Positions 25,614 to 42,700 of a DNA stretch of 64,000 nt are shown here, piece after piece (position 1 is the stretch's first letter; each line of letters starts with the position of its first letter). A program made the position numbers and the translations under genes. The stretch is from Octopus vulgaris (taxonomy: Eukaryota). The DNA lies in NCBI GenBank assembly GCA_951406725.2, contig OX597843.1, forward strand, positions 1,550,001 to 1,614,000. The letters run 5' to 3'. The notes below the pieces were generated by a model. The model saw only the letters and a list, made by a program, of their open reading frames with translations. It did not search any database and had not been told where the DNA came from.

Positions 25614-26610
25614 TTAATCATCAATGTACTTTCCCTAATTATCTATGACTTACCTCCATCTATTTACAAGCTTTTTAATCCCATCAACGTAAAACTCTTT
25701 TGGTTTCAAAGCGAAGAACTCTGAAATGTCAGGTTCGACCTCCCCCTGGTTTGCCAAAGTTGTATCCCCCTACTAATTCTGTAAACTATGAAACAAATGG
25801 TATCCCGAGGGAGTAAGGTCGGGAGAATAAGTTGGATGAAGAAATTTTTCCAAACCGAACCCTTCGATCTTCTGTGATGTGATCTTTGCAGTGTGGGGTT
25901 GCGCATTGTCCTGATGAAACATCACTCGTTTTCGACTCACTAAAGCGGCTCTTTTTTCCTTCAAAGCTTGGTTCAAACGCTCTAATTGCTGACAGTAGAC
26001 TTGAGCATTGATTGTTGCATTAGGTGGTAACAATATAAAGTGAATTACGCCTTTGCAATCGCACCAGATAGAGAGTAGAACCTTTTTCCCATGAAGTTCC
26101 CTTCTCAGTTGTGGTTGAGAATTTCCCCTTTTACCAAACCACTATTTACGACGTCTAACATTTCGATAGAAAATCCATTTTTCATCACAAGTCTATCGAA
26201 AAATGGTGAAATGAGTTTGCGAGAATGGAGAGAAGAGCAGATGCCAACTCGGGATTTGCGGTTGCTTTCGGACAATACATAAGGCACCTATTTTCCAAGT
26301 TTAGGAATCTTTCCACGTTGTTGTAGATGACGATGAACTGTTGTATGGTTTGAAGTAAGCTTTATTGCCAATTCTTCAACTGATAATGACGGATTTTCTT
26401 CAAGTAATGCCTCAAGGAGCTTGTCAAACTCAACTGGACATCCTGTTCGATATTCATCTTCAATTTTGCAGACGATCTCCTGCAAGTTCTTTCATTCGAG
26501 CACTTTGCTATAAACTGAGTGTATGTTTCGAGTCACTTCGGCAGCAGAGTTACCTTTATTGTACTCATAAAGAATTATATGTGCCTTAAATGCTCCTTGG
26601 ATACTTCCAT
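25614..26610 (-). pseudogene. Mariner (DD34D-type) transposase pseudogene
   Basis: Starts MEVSKEHLRHI; fragments EDEYRTGCPVEFD, HTTVHRHLQQRGK, FHQDNAQPH, HPTYSPDLTPSGYHLF; ends GKYIDD*; several stops and frameshifts. Confidence 0.9.
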
Positions 26611-26641
26611 GTTGAAAGGGGTTTTAATCAAAGCAATTTTA

Positions 26642-27926
26642 GGGTGTCCACGAAGTCTGGGTTTATGGAATAAAATCATAACATAAGAAATAATAATTTT
26701 CCTTTTTTACTTTTGTTTAAATTAAATAAAAAAAATACTTTACTTTTCTAAATTTATTTGTTATTTTTTCTACAGATGATCGAATGATGGCTCTGTCTAA
26801 AGAAGAAAGAATCCCAGATCGAATCGAGTTAGTATTATTAAGTGGACGAGAGGGATGGTCTTATCGCAAAATTGCGGAAGAATTTAATCTTCCACACCCT
26901 TGTAGGCAACCTATTTATTTTACTGCCGTCAGGAAATTGATCAAGACATTTAAAGAAACAGGCAGTGTTTCGGATAAACCCCGTTCCGGGCGACCAAAGA
27001 CTTCAGATGAAACTAAAGAGGCTGTCGAGGCTAAAGTTTCTGCTAGCTAGCCCCAAAAATCACTTCGTCGGACATCTACGGTGTTAGGTGTTCCAAAACC
27101 AACCATCCACAAAATGCTGGTTGAGGAAAAGTTTCATCGATACAACCTACAGATATTGCATCACTTAAATGAAGACGATACTGGTAGACGAATGTAGACG
27201 TGCGAATGGTTTTCAGATAAATTGGATGAAAATATCAATTTTACGAAAAACTTTGTGTTGTTTAGTGACAAAGCTACGTTTTATGTAAATGGTGAGGTCA
27301 ACAGACAGAATCTTCTATACTGGTCTCGAGGTAATCCACATTGGATGGATCTATCCAAACAGCAAAAAGGTGATGGTGTGGTGTGGTTTTTGGAAAGATC
27401 ATGTTCTAGGACCCTTCTTCATTGAACATGTAACGGATGAGACTTATGCAAATATATTGAGAGACAAATTAATATCTTAAATTGAGCGCCTAGGCGAGGG
27501 CCTTCCGAATTGGTTTCAGCAGGATGGGGCCCCTACCCATTTTGCCACAACTGTTAGAGATTGATTTAATGACACTTTTCCTCCTCACTAGATTGGAAGA
27601 AGGGGTCATATGGAATGGTCCCCTCGTTCACCAGACCTTTCTCCCCTTGATTTCTTTTTCTGGGGTATGTTGAAAGAGAAAGTTTACTCAATAAAGATTA
27701 CAGATTTAAAACACACGAGAGAACGCATTACCAGTCAGTGTGCTTAAATTGATGGCAATGTAGACTTATTTAATCAAGTTCACCTGAATTTTGCAAGGCG
27801 CATCAAGTTATCCATTGAAAATGATGGAAATCACTTTGAAAATATTATTTATTATAATTAAATAAAATTGTTTTGTTTTAAAAGTATGTGTTAATTCCCA
27901 TGTACGCAGACTTGGTGGACACCGTC
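26642..27926 (+). mobile_element. Tc1/mariner DD41D (rosa/Visitor-type) transposon nested in the mariner 5' region
   Basis: TIRs ggtgtccacgaagtctg / cagacttggtggacacc with TA at both flanks. Confidence 0.88.
26784..27861 (+). pseudogene. DD41D transposase pseudogene
   Basis: FKETGSVSDKPRSGRP; LFSDKATF; WFQQD-x41-D (hand count) in WSPRSPDLSPLDFFFWG; in-frame stops. Confidence 0.9.
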
Positions 27927-28782
27927 TATTATTATGTAAAACAATATTGAATTAGTTTAAACGTACACAAATGCATAAAAATAATTTTTAATTGAATTAA
28001 ACATTTGCAAATACTATTAAATTTCATTCAAATCTAAAAAAAACAGGTAAAATTGGACAGAACTGACTGGATGACTTGATATATATAATCTATGATATTC
28101 TAGTAAGTTTCAAGTTTATAACACTTTGATATCTCATGTTATCTCATTTTATATGCCTAAGACGTTTATTTTCTATTCTGGTTTTTATATATTTCTATAC
28201 ATTATATTTGTATCTATAATTTATTTTAAGCCGAAACATAATACGATCCTTGTACGAACGAAAGAACAAGAATGTCCTCTGGAACGTTTATCTTCCACCG
28301 GCATTTGTAATCGATGGTGACATGTGCAATGATTTTGCGACAATCTGATATTTTACAGAGAAATTGGAAGCCCCGAATGTAAGTCAGCGCTTTATGCATA
28401 ATTCAATATTTATAGTTCTTTATTTCTAACAGAAATAATAACTATAGATCTATTTCTAAATGTAATTCTTTTTCTTTTCGTTCATGCATTCCCGTCTGTC
28501 TCTTGACGAAGCTTTCTTTCTGCAGCGTTCACCACCTCAAGGGTTAAACATCCCTTAGCGAAAATTTTGACTGTCCTGATTTTGTTAGCAGCTTTGACGT
28601 TCCACGTATTTCAAATTTTACCTAATTTGCTTTGGGGGAGCAATTGCTTTAACGAATACACATCTTGTTGCAATGCGGAGCAGGTAAGACTGCCAACATC
28701 TGAGGAAGAGTTGTTTCTTTTTTATATGCAGCCTTCACGTTATAGTTCTCTATGAAATTAAAATTCTTCTTTCTCTCCTTCA

Positions 28783-29035
28783 GAAGCGAAGCGAAGCGAA
28801 GCGAAGCGAAGCGAAGCGAAGCGAAGCGAAGCGAAGCGAAGCGAAGCGAAGCGAAGCGAAGCCAAGCCAAGCCAAGCCAAGCCAAGCCAAGCCAAGCCAA
28901 GCCAAGCCAAGCCAAGCCAAGCCAAGCCAAGCCAAGCCAAGCCAAGCCAAGCCAAGCCAAGCCAAGCCAAGCAAAGCCAAGCCAAGCCAAGCCAAGCCAA
29001 GCCAAGCCAAGCCAAGCCAAGCCAAGCCAAGCCAA
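28783..29035 (+). repeat. Compound pentanucleotide microsatellite (GAAGC)n then (CAAGC)n
   Basis: Direct reading; switch at ~28860. Confidence 0.97.
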
Positions 29036-29683
<648 letters not shown>

Positions 29684-29689
29684 ATGCGA

Positions 29690-30305
29690 TAGCCATAGCG
29701 CTCACTGTTGTCTCGTAGCCGCGGACATTGAGCCCAATGGCGCCCAGAGCGAGCTCTGGTCGCCATAGCGCTCACTGTTGTCTCGTAGCCGCGGACATTG
29801 AGCCCAATGGCGCCCAGAGCGAGCTCTGGTCGCCATAGCGCTCACTGTTGTCTCGTAGCCGCGGACATTGAGCCCAATGGCGCCCAGAGCGAGCTCTGGT
29901 CGCCATAGCGCTCACTGTTGTCTCGTAGCCGCGGACATTGAGCCCAATGGCGCCCAGAGCGAGCTCTGGTCGCCATAGCGCTCACTGTTGTCTCGTAGCC
30001 GCGGACATTGAGCCCAATGGCGCCCAGAGCGAGCTCTGGTCGCCATAGCGCTCACTGTTGTCTCGTAGCCGCGGACATTGAGCCCAATGGCGCCCAGAGC
30101 GAGCTCTGGTCGCCATAGCGCTCACTGTTGTCTCGTAGCCGCGGACATTGAGCCATGGCGCCCAGAGCGAGCTCTGGTCGCCATAGCGCTCACTGTTGTC
30201 CGGCGGGACATTGCCCAGATGGCGCCCAGAGCGAGCTCTGGTCGCCATAGCGCTCACTGTTGTCTCGTAGCCGCGGACATTGAGCCCAATGGCGCCCAGA
30301 GCCCA
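29690..30305. repeat. 70-bp GC-rich minisatellite, ~8.7 copies
   Basis: cgccatagcg starts at 29761, 29831, 29901, 29971, 30041 and 30111. Confidence 0.97.
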
Positions 30306-30420
30306 GCTCAACACACTCCTTATACCCTAAGGAAGGCATGTGTAAAATTTGAATGAAATTGGTTGAGTAGTTCTCAAGTTATAGGGAAATACACAGACAG
30401 ACAGACACACATTCTCAGAT
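30306..30420 (-). mobile_element. Helitron-like 5' end fragment
   Basis: Minus strand gagaatgtgtgtctgtctgtctg...ctcaaccaatttcattcaaattttacacatg resembles the (GTCT)n-containing 5' ends of invertebrate non-autonomous Helitrons. Confidence 0.5.
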
Positions 30421-30491
30421 ACATAAAAGAATGAGAGTGGGTGATGTTTTATATATACACACATTTATATACACATATTTATATATAGAAC

Positions 30492-30538
<47 letters not shown>

Positions 30539-30540
30539 TT

Positions 30541-30696
30541 ATAGCGTGAGTGAGGAAGATGGCCCCTAGCAACCACACCTTTTAAGATGGATTTCTAAGG
30601 TAGCCCAGGAGCATCGTCACCTCATTCTACATGTCCCTGTAACCTTTGGAGCGAATCGGACGGGATGTAGTGGCATTGAAAGCGATCCAAGCGGTA
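30541..30696 (+). repeat. Left copy of ~156-bp direct repeat bracketing the AT-rich satellite
   Basis: atagcgtgagtgaggaa...gtagtggcattgaaagcgatccaagcggta aligns with 46937-47094. Confidence 0.92.
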
Positions 30697-30719
30697 AAAA
30701 CGCATTTCAGTTCTATATA

Positions 30720-33700
30720 GAGATATATATATAGATATATATATATAAATATATAAAAATTATATATATATGTATACAAATATATACAAATTATATAGAT
30801 GTATACAAATATATACAAATTATATATATGTATACAAATATATACAAATTATATAGATGTATACAAATATATACAAATTATATATATGTATGTAAATACA
30901 TCCAAATTATATACATGTATGTAAATATATACAAATTATATACATGTATTTAAATATATACAAATTATATACCTGTATGTAAATATACAAATTATATATA
31001 TGTATACAAATTATATATATGTATATAAATATATACAAATTATATATATGTATATAAATATATACAAATCATATATATGTATATAAATGTATACACATTA
31101 TATATATGTATATAAATGTATACAAATTATATATATATGTATATAAACGTATACAAATTATATATATGTATCTAAACATATACAAATTATATATATGTAT
31201 ATAAACGTATACAAATTATATATATGTTTATAAACGTATACAATTATATATATGTATATAAATGTATACAAATTATATATATGTATATAAATATATACTA
31301 ATTATATATATGTATATAAATATAAACATTATATATATGTATATAAAGATATACAAATTATATATATGTATATATATATATATACAAATTATATATATGT
31401 ATATATATATATACAAATTATATATATGTATATAAATATATACAAATATATATGTATATAAATATATACAAAATATATATATGTATATAAATATATACAA
31501 ATTATATATATGTATATAAATATATACAAATTATATTTATGTATATAAATATATACAAATTATATATATATGTGTATAAATATATACAAATTATATTTAT
31601 GTATATAAATATATACAAATTATATATATGTATATAAATATATACAAATTATATATATGTATATAAATATATACAAATTATATATATGTATATAATATAT
31701 ATACAAATTATATATTATGTATATAAATATATACAAATTATATATATGTATATAAATATACACAAATTATATATGTATATAAATATATACAAATTATACA
31801 TATATGTATACAAATATATACAAATTATACATATATGTATACAAATATATACAAATTATATATATGTATACAAATATATACAAATTATATATATGTATAC
31901 AATATATACAAATTATATATATGTATACAAATATATACAAATTATATATATGTATACAAATATATACAAATTGTATATATGTATACAAATATATACAAAT
32001 TCTATTATATGTATACAAATATATACAAATCATATATATGTATACAAATATATACAAATTATATATATGTATACAAATATATACAAATTATATATATGTA
32101 TACAAATATATACAAATTATATATATGTATACAAATATATACAAATTATATATATGTATATAAATATATACAAATTATATATATGTATATAAATATATAC
32201 AAATTATATATATGTATACAAATATATACAAATTATATATATGTATACAAATATATAAATTAATATATGTATACAAATGTATACAAATTATATATATGTA
32301 TACAAATATATACAAATTATATATATGTATACAAATATATACAAATTATATATATATACAAATATATACAAATTATATATATGTATACAAATATATACAA
32401 ATTATATATATGTATACAAATATATACAAATTATATATATGTATACAAATATATACAAATTATATATATGTATACAAATATATACAAATATATATATGTA
32501 TACAAATATATACAAATTATATATATGTATACAAATATATACAAATTATATATATGTATACAAATATATACAAATTATATATATGTATACAAATATATAC
32601 AATTTATATATGTATACAAATATATACAAATTATATATATGTATACAAATATATACAAATTATATATATGTATACAAATATATACAAATTATATATATGT
32701 ATACAAATATATACAAATTATATATATGTATACAAATATATACAAATTATATATATGTATACAAATATATACAAATTATATATATGTATACAAATATATA
32801 CTTTTATATATTATACAAATATATACAAATTATATATATGTATACAAATATATACAAATTTTTATATGTATATAAATATATACAAATTATATATATGTAT
32901 ATTAATATATAGAAATTGTATATATGTATATAAATATATACAAATTATATATATGTATACAAATATATACAAACTATATATATGTATACAAATATATACT
33001 TTTTATATATGTATACAAATATATACAAATTATATATATGTATACAAATATATACAAATATATGTATGTATATAAATATATACAAATTATATATATGTAT
33101 ATAAATATATACAAATTATATATATGTATATAAATATATACAAATTATATATATGTATATAAATATATACAAATTATATATATGTATATAAATATATACA
33201 AATTATATATATATGTATTTAATTATATACATATTATATATATATAATATATATATATACAAATTATATATATGTACAGAAATATATACAAATAATATAT
33301 ATGTATGCAAATATATATAGAAATTATATATGTGTATACAAATATATACAAATTATATATATCTATACAAATATATACAAAGTATATATATGTATACAAA
33401 TATATACAAATTATATATATGTATATATATATATATACAAATTATATATATGTATACAAATATATACAAATTATATATATTCATACAAATAAATATAATT
33501 TGTATATATTTATATACATACATATAATTTGTATATATTTGTGTACATATATATAATTTGTATATATCTGTATACATATATATAATTTGTATATATTTGT
33601 ATACATATATATAATTTTCTATATATTTGTATACATATATATAATTTGTATATATTCGTATACATATATATAAATTGTATATATTTGCATACATATATAT

Positions 33701-36700
33701 AATTTGTATATATTTGTATACATCTATATAATTTGTATATATTTGTATACATATATATAATTTGTATATATTTATGTACATATATATAATTTGTATATAT
33801 TTATATACATATATATAATTTGTATATAATTATATACATATATATAATTTGTATACATTTATATACATATATATAATTTGTATACATTTATATACATCTA
33901 CATAATATGTATACATATATATAATGTGTATATATTTGTATACATATATATAATTTGTATATATTTGTATACATATATATATTATTTGTATATATTTGTA
34001 TACATATATATAATTTGTATATATTTGTATACATATATATAATTTGTATATATTTGTATACATAATATAATTTGTATATATTTGTATACATATATATAAT
34101 TTGTATATATTTGTATACATATATAAAAGTATATATTTGTATACATATATATATTTTGAATATATTTGTATACTATATATAATTTGTATATATTTGATAC
34201 ATATATATAATTTGTATATATTTGTATACATAATATATAATTTGTATATATTTGTATACATATATATAATTTGTATATATTTGTATACATATATATAAAT
34301 TGTATATATTTGCATATATATATAATTGTATATAATTATATACATATATATAATTTGTATATATTTATATACATATATATAATTTGTATATATTTATATA
34401 CATCTACATAATATGTATACACATTATATACATGTAAACAAATATATACAAATTGTATATATGTATACAAATATATACAAATTATATATATGTATACAAA
34501 TATATACTTTTTTATATATGTATACAAATATATACAAATTATATATATGTATATAAATATATAAAAATTATATATATGTATATAAATATATACAAATTAT
34601 ATATATGTATATAAATATATACAAATTATATATATGTATATAAATATATACAAATTATATATATGTATTTAATTATATACAAATTATATATATATATATA
34701 AATATATACAAATTATATATATGTATATAAATATATACAAATTATATATATGTATGCAAATATATACAAATTATATATATATGTATAAATATATACAAAT
34801 TATATATATGTATACAAATATATACAAATTATATATATGCATACAAATATATACAAATTATATATATGTATACAAATATATACAAATTATATATATGTAT
34901 ACAAATATATACAAATTATATATATGTATACAAATATATACAAATTATATATATGTATACAAATATATACAAATTATATATATGTATACAAATATATACA
35001 AATTATATATATGTATACAAATATATACAATTATATATGTATAGAAATATATACAATTTATATATATATGTATACAAATATATACAAATTATATATATGT
35101 ATACAAATATATACAAATTATATGTATGTATATAAATATATACAAATTATATTTATGTATATAAATATATACAAATTATATATATGTATATAAATATATA
35201 TACGAATTATATATATGTATATAAATGTATACAAATTATATATATGCATATAGATATATACAAATTATATATATACGTATATAAATATATACAAATTATA
35301 TATATGTACATAAATATATAAATATTATATATATGTATACAAATATATGGAAATTATATATATGTATAAAAATATATTCAAATTATATATATGTATAGAA
35401 ATATATACAAATTATATATATGTATACAAATATATACAACTTATATATATGTATACAAATATATACAAATTATATATATGTATACAAATATATACTTTTT
35501 TATATATGTATACAAATATATACAAATTATATATATGTATACAAATACATACAAATTATATATATGTATACAAATATATACAAAGTATATATATGTATAC
35601 AAATATATACAAATTATATATATGTATACAAATATATACAAATTATATATATGTATACATATATATAATTTGTATATATTTGTATACATATATATATTTA
35701 TATATGTATACAAATTATATATATTTGTATACATATATATAATTTGTATATATTTGTATACATATATATAATTTTATATTGTATACATATATATAATTGT
35801 ATACATATATACATATATATATGTATATATTTGTATACATATATATAATATATGTATATATTTGTATACATATATATAATTTGTATATATTTGTATACAT
35901 ATATATATATTTTACATATATATATTATGTATACATATATATACATATTTGTATATATATTATGTACATATATATAATTTGTATATATTTATATACGTAT
36001 ATATATAATTTGTATATATTTATATGCATATATATAATTTGTATACATTTATATACATATATATAATTCGTATATATATTTATATACATATATATAATTT
36101 GTATATATTTATATACATAAATATAATTTGTATATATTTATATACATACATATAATTTGTATATATTTGTATACATATATATAATTTGTATATATTTGTA
36201 TACATATATATATAAATTGTATATATTTCTATACATATATGAATAGTATATATTTGTATACATATATATAATTTGTATATATTTGTATACATATATATAA
36301 TTTGTATATATTTGTATACATATATATAATTTGTATATATTTGTATACATATATATAATTTGTATATATTTGTATACATATATATAATTTGTATATATTT
36401 GTATACATATATATAATTTGTATATATTTGTATGCATATATATAATTTGTATGTACAGAAATATATTTGTATACATATATATAATTTGTATATATTTGTA
36501 TACATATATATAATTTGTATATATATGTATACAAATATATACAAATTATATATATGTATACAAATATATACAAATTATATATATGTATACAAATATATAC
36601 AAATTATATATATGTATACAAATATATACACATTATATATATGGATACAAATATATACTTTTTTATATAGGTATACAAATATATTTTTTTTATATATGTA

Positions 36701-39700
36701 AACAAATATATACAAATTATACATATGTATACAAATATATACAAATTATATATATGTATACAAATATATACAAATTATATATATGTATACAAATATATAC
36801 AAATTATATATATGTATACAAATATATACAAATTATATATATGTATACAAATATATACTTTTTATATATGTATACAAATATATACAAATTATATATATGT
36901 ATACAAATATATACAAATTTTTATATGTATATAAATATATACAAATTATATATATGTATAATAATATATAGAAATTGTATATATGTATATAAATATATAT
37001 AAATTATATATATGTATACAAATATATACAAATTATATATATGTATACAAATATATACTTTTTAAATATGTATACAAATATATACAAATTATATATATGT
37101 ATACAAATATATACAAATTATATGTATGTATATAAATATATACAAATTATATTTATGTATATAAATATATACAAATTATATATATGTATATAAATATATA
37201 CAAATTATATATATGTATATAAATATATACAAATTATATATATGTATTTAATTATATTTGTATAATATATATATATACGTATATATATAATTTGTATATA
37301 TTTATATGCATATATATAAATTTGTATATATTTATATACGTATATATAATTCGTATTTATATTTATATACATATATATAATTTGTATATATTTATATACA
37401 TAAATATAATTTGTATATATTTATATACATACATATAATTTGTATATATTTGTATACATATATATAATTTGTATGTATGTATATAAATATATACAAATTA
37501 TATATATTTGTATACATATATATAATTTGTATATATTTGTATACATATATATAATTTGTATATATTTGTATACAAATATATAATTTGTATATATTTGTAT
37601 ACATATATATAATTTGTATATATTTGTATACATATATATAATTTGTATATATTTGTATACATATATATAATTTGTATATATTTGTATACATATATACAAT
37701 TTGTATATATGTATACAAATATATACAAATTATATATATTTGTATACATATATATAATTGTATATATTTGTATACATATATATATTTGTATATTTTATAC
37801 ATATATATAATTGTATAATTTGTATACATATATATAATGTATATATTTATGTACATATATATAATTTGTATATATTTATATATATATATATATAATTTGT
37901 ATATATTTATATGCATATATATAATTTGTATACATTTATATACATATATATAATTCGTATATATATTTATATACATATATATAATTTGTATATATTTATA
38001 TACATAAATATAATTTGTATATATTTATATACATACATATAATTTGTATATATTTGTATACATATATATAAATTGTATATATTTGTATACATATATAAGA
38101 AGTATATATTTGTATACATTTATATAATTTGTATATATTTGTATACATATATTTAATTTGTATATATTTGTATACATATATATAATTTGTATATATTTGT
38201 ATACATATCTATAATTTGTATATATTTGTATACATATATATAATTTGTATATATTTGTATACATATATATAATTTGTGTATATTTGTATACATATAGATA
38301 ATTTGTATATATTTGTATACATATATATAATTTGTATATATTTATATACATATATATAATTTGTATATATTTATATACATATATATAATTTGTATATATT
38401 ATATGTATACAAATATATACAAATTATATATATGTATACAAATATATACAAATTATATGTATGTATATAAATATATACAAATTATATATATGTATATAAA
38501 TATATACAAATTATATATATGTATATAAATATATATACAATTATATATATGTATATAAATGTATACAAATTATATATATGCATATAAATATATACAAATT
38601 ATATATATACGTATATAAATATATACAAATTATATATATGTACATAAATATATACAAATTATATATATGTATACAAATATATGGAAATTATATATATGTA
38701 TACAAATATATACAAATTATATATATGTATACAAATATTTACAAATTATATATATGTATACAAATATATACAACTTATATATATGTATACAAATATATAC
38801 ACATTATATATATGTATACAAATATATACAAATTATATATATGTATACAAATATATACAAAATATATATATGTATACAAATATATACAAATTATATATGT
38901 GTATACAAATATATACACATTATATATATGTATACAAATATATACAAATTGTATATATGTATACAAATATATACAAATTGTATATATGTATACAAATATA
39001 TACAAATTATATATATGTATACAAATATATACTTTTTTATATATGTATCAAATATATACAAAGTATACATATATAAAAATATATATATATTGTATACATA
39101 TATATAATATGTATATATTTGTATACATATATATATATTTGTATATATTTGTATACATATATATAATATGTATATATTTGTATACATATATATAATTTGT
39201 ATATATTTGTATACATATATATAATTTGTATATATTTATATACATATATATAATTTGTATATATTTATATACATATATATAATTTGTATAAATTTATATA
39301 CATATATATAATTTGTATATATAATTTGTATATATAATTTGTATATTTGTATACAAATATATAGAAATTGTATATATGTATACAAATATATACAAATTAT
39401 ATATATGTATACAAATATAAACAAATTATATATATGTATACAAATATATACAAATTATATATATGTATACAAATATATACAAATTATATATATGTATACA
39501 AATATATACAAATTATATATATGTATACAAATATATACTTTTTATATATGTATACAAATATATACAAATTATATATATGTATACAAATATATACAAATTA
39601 TATTATGTATATAAATATATACAAATTATATTTAGTATATAAATATATACAAATTATATATATGTATATAAATATATATACGAATTATATATATGTATAT

Positions 39701-42700
39701 AAATATACACAAATTATATATATATACATATAAATATATACAAATTATATATATACGTATATAAATATATACAAATTATATATATGTACATAAATATATA
39801 CAAATTATATATATGTATACAAATATATGGAAATTATATATATGTATACAAATATATACAAATTATATATATGTATACAAATATATACAAAGTATATGTA
39901 TGTATACAGATATATACAACCTATATATATGTATACAAATATATACAAATTATATATATGTATACAAATATATACTTTTTTATATATGTATACAAATATA
40001 TACAAATTATATATATGTTTACAAATATATACAAATTCTTTATATGTATGTAAATATATACAAATTATATATATGTATATAAATATATACAAATTATATA
40101 TATGTATATAAATATATACAAGTTATATATATGTATATAAATATATACAAATTATATATATGTATACAAATATATACTTTTTACATATGTATACAAATAT
40201 ATACAAATTATATATTTGTATACAAATATATACAAATTATATATATGTATAAAATATATACGAATTATATTTATGTATAAATATATACAAATTATATTTA
40301 TGTATATAAATATATACAAATTATATATATGTATATAAATATATAAAATTATATATATGTATATAAATATATATAAATTATATTTATGTATATAAATATA
40401 TACAAATATATATATTATAAATATATACAAATTATATATATGTATAAATATATACAAATTATATATATGTATATAAATATATACAAATTATATATATGTA
40501 TACAAATATATACAAATTATATATATGTATACAAATATATACAAATTATATATATGTATACAAATATATACAAATTATATATATGTATACAAATATATAC
40601 AAATTATATATATGTATACAAATATATACAAATTATATATATGTATACAAATATATACAAATTATATATATGTATACAAATATATACAAATTATATATAT
40701 GTATACAAATATATACAAATTATATATATGTATATAAATATATACAAATTATATATATGTATATACAAATATATACAAATTATATATATGTATAAAATAT
40801 ATACAAATTATATATATGTATACAAATATATACAAATTTATATATGTATACAAATATATACAAATTATATATATGTATACAAATATATACAAATTATATA
40901 TATCTATACAAATATATACAAATTATATATATGTATACAAATATATACAAATTATATATATGTATACAAATATATACAAATTATATATATATATACAAAT
41001 ATATACTTTTATTTATATATGTATACAAATATATACAAATTATATATATGTATATAAATATATACAAATTATATTATGTATATAAATATATACAAATTAT
41101 ATATATGTATATAAATATATACAAATTATATATATGTATATAAATATATACAAATTATATATATGTATATAAATATATACAAATTATATATATGTATATA
41201 AATATATACAAATTATATATATGTATATAAATATATACAAATTATATATATGTATACAAATATATACAAATTATATATATGTATACAAATATATACAAAT
41301 TATATATATGTATACAAATATATACAAATTATATATATGTATACAAATATATACAAATTATATATATGTATACAAATATATACTTTTTATATATGTATAC
41401 AAATATATACAAATTATATATATGCATACAAATATATACAAATTATATATATGCATACAAATATATACAAATTATATATATATGCATACAAATATATACA
41501 AATTATATATATGTATACAATATATATATATATTGTATACAATATTATATATATATGTATACAAATATATACAATTATATATATGTATACAAATATATAC
41601 AAATTATATATATGTATACAAATATATACAAATTATATATATGTATACAAATATATACAAATTATATATATGTATACAAATATATACAAATTATATATAT
41701 GTATATACAAATATATACAAATTATATATATGTATACAAATATATACAAATTATATATATGTATACAAATATATACAAATTATATATATGTATACAAATA
41801 TATACAAATTATATATATGTATACAAATATATACAAATTATATATATGTATACAAATATATACAAATTATATATATGTATAAAATATATACAAATTATAT
41901 ATATATGTACAAATATATACAAATTATATATATGTATACAAATATATACAAATTATATATATGTATACAAATATATACAAATTATATATATGTATACAAA
42001 TATATACAAATTATATATATGTATACAAATATATACAAATTATATATATGTATACAAATATATACAAATTATATATATGTATATAAATATATACAAATTA
42101 TATATATGTATACAAATATATACAAATTATATATATGTATACAAATATATACAAATTATATATATGTATACAAATATATACAAATTATATATATGTATAC
42201 AAATATATACAAATTATATATATGTATACAAATATATACAAATTATATATATGTATACAAATATATACAAATTATATATATGTATACAAATATATACAAA
42301 TTATATATATGTATACAAATATATATAAATTATATATATGTATACAAATATATACAAATTATATATATGATATACAAATATATACAATTTATATATATGT
42401 ATACAAATATATACAAATTATATATATGTATATAAATATATACAAATTATATATATGTATACAAATATATACAAATTATATATATGTATATAAATATATA
42501 CAAATTATATATATGTATACAAATATATACAAATTATATATATGTATATAAATATATACAAATTATATATATGTATACAAATATATACAAATTATATATA
42601 TGTATACAAATATATACAAATTATATATATGTATACAAATATATACAAATTATATATATGTATACAAATATATACAAATTATATATATGTATACAAATAT

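Larger units (their letters stand above)
25537..28079 (-). mobile_element. Mariner element with degenerate TIRs, interrupted by a nested DD41D element
   Basis: Left end aggtcatcccataagttctg vs right end cagaactgactggatgacttga (imperfect inverted pair). Confidence 0.82.
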
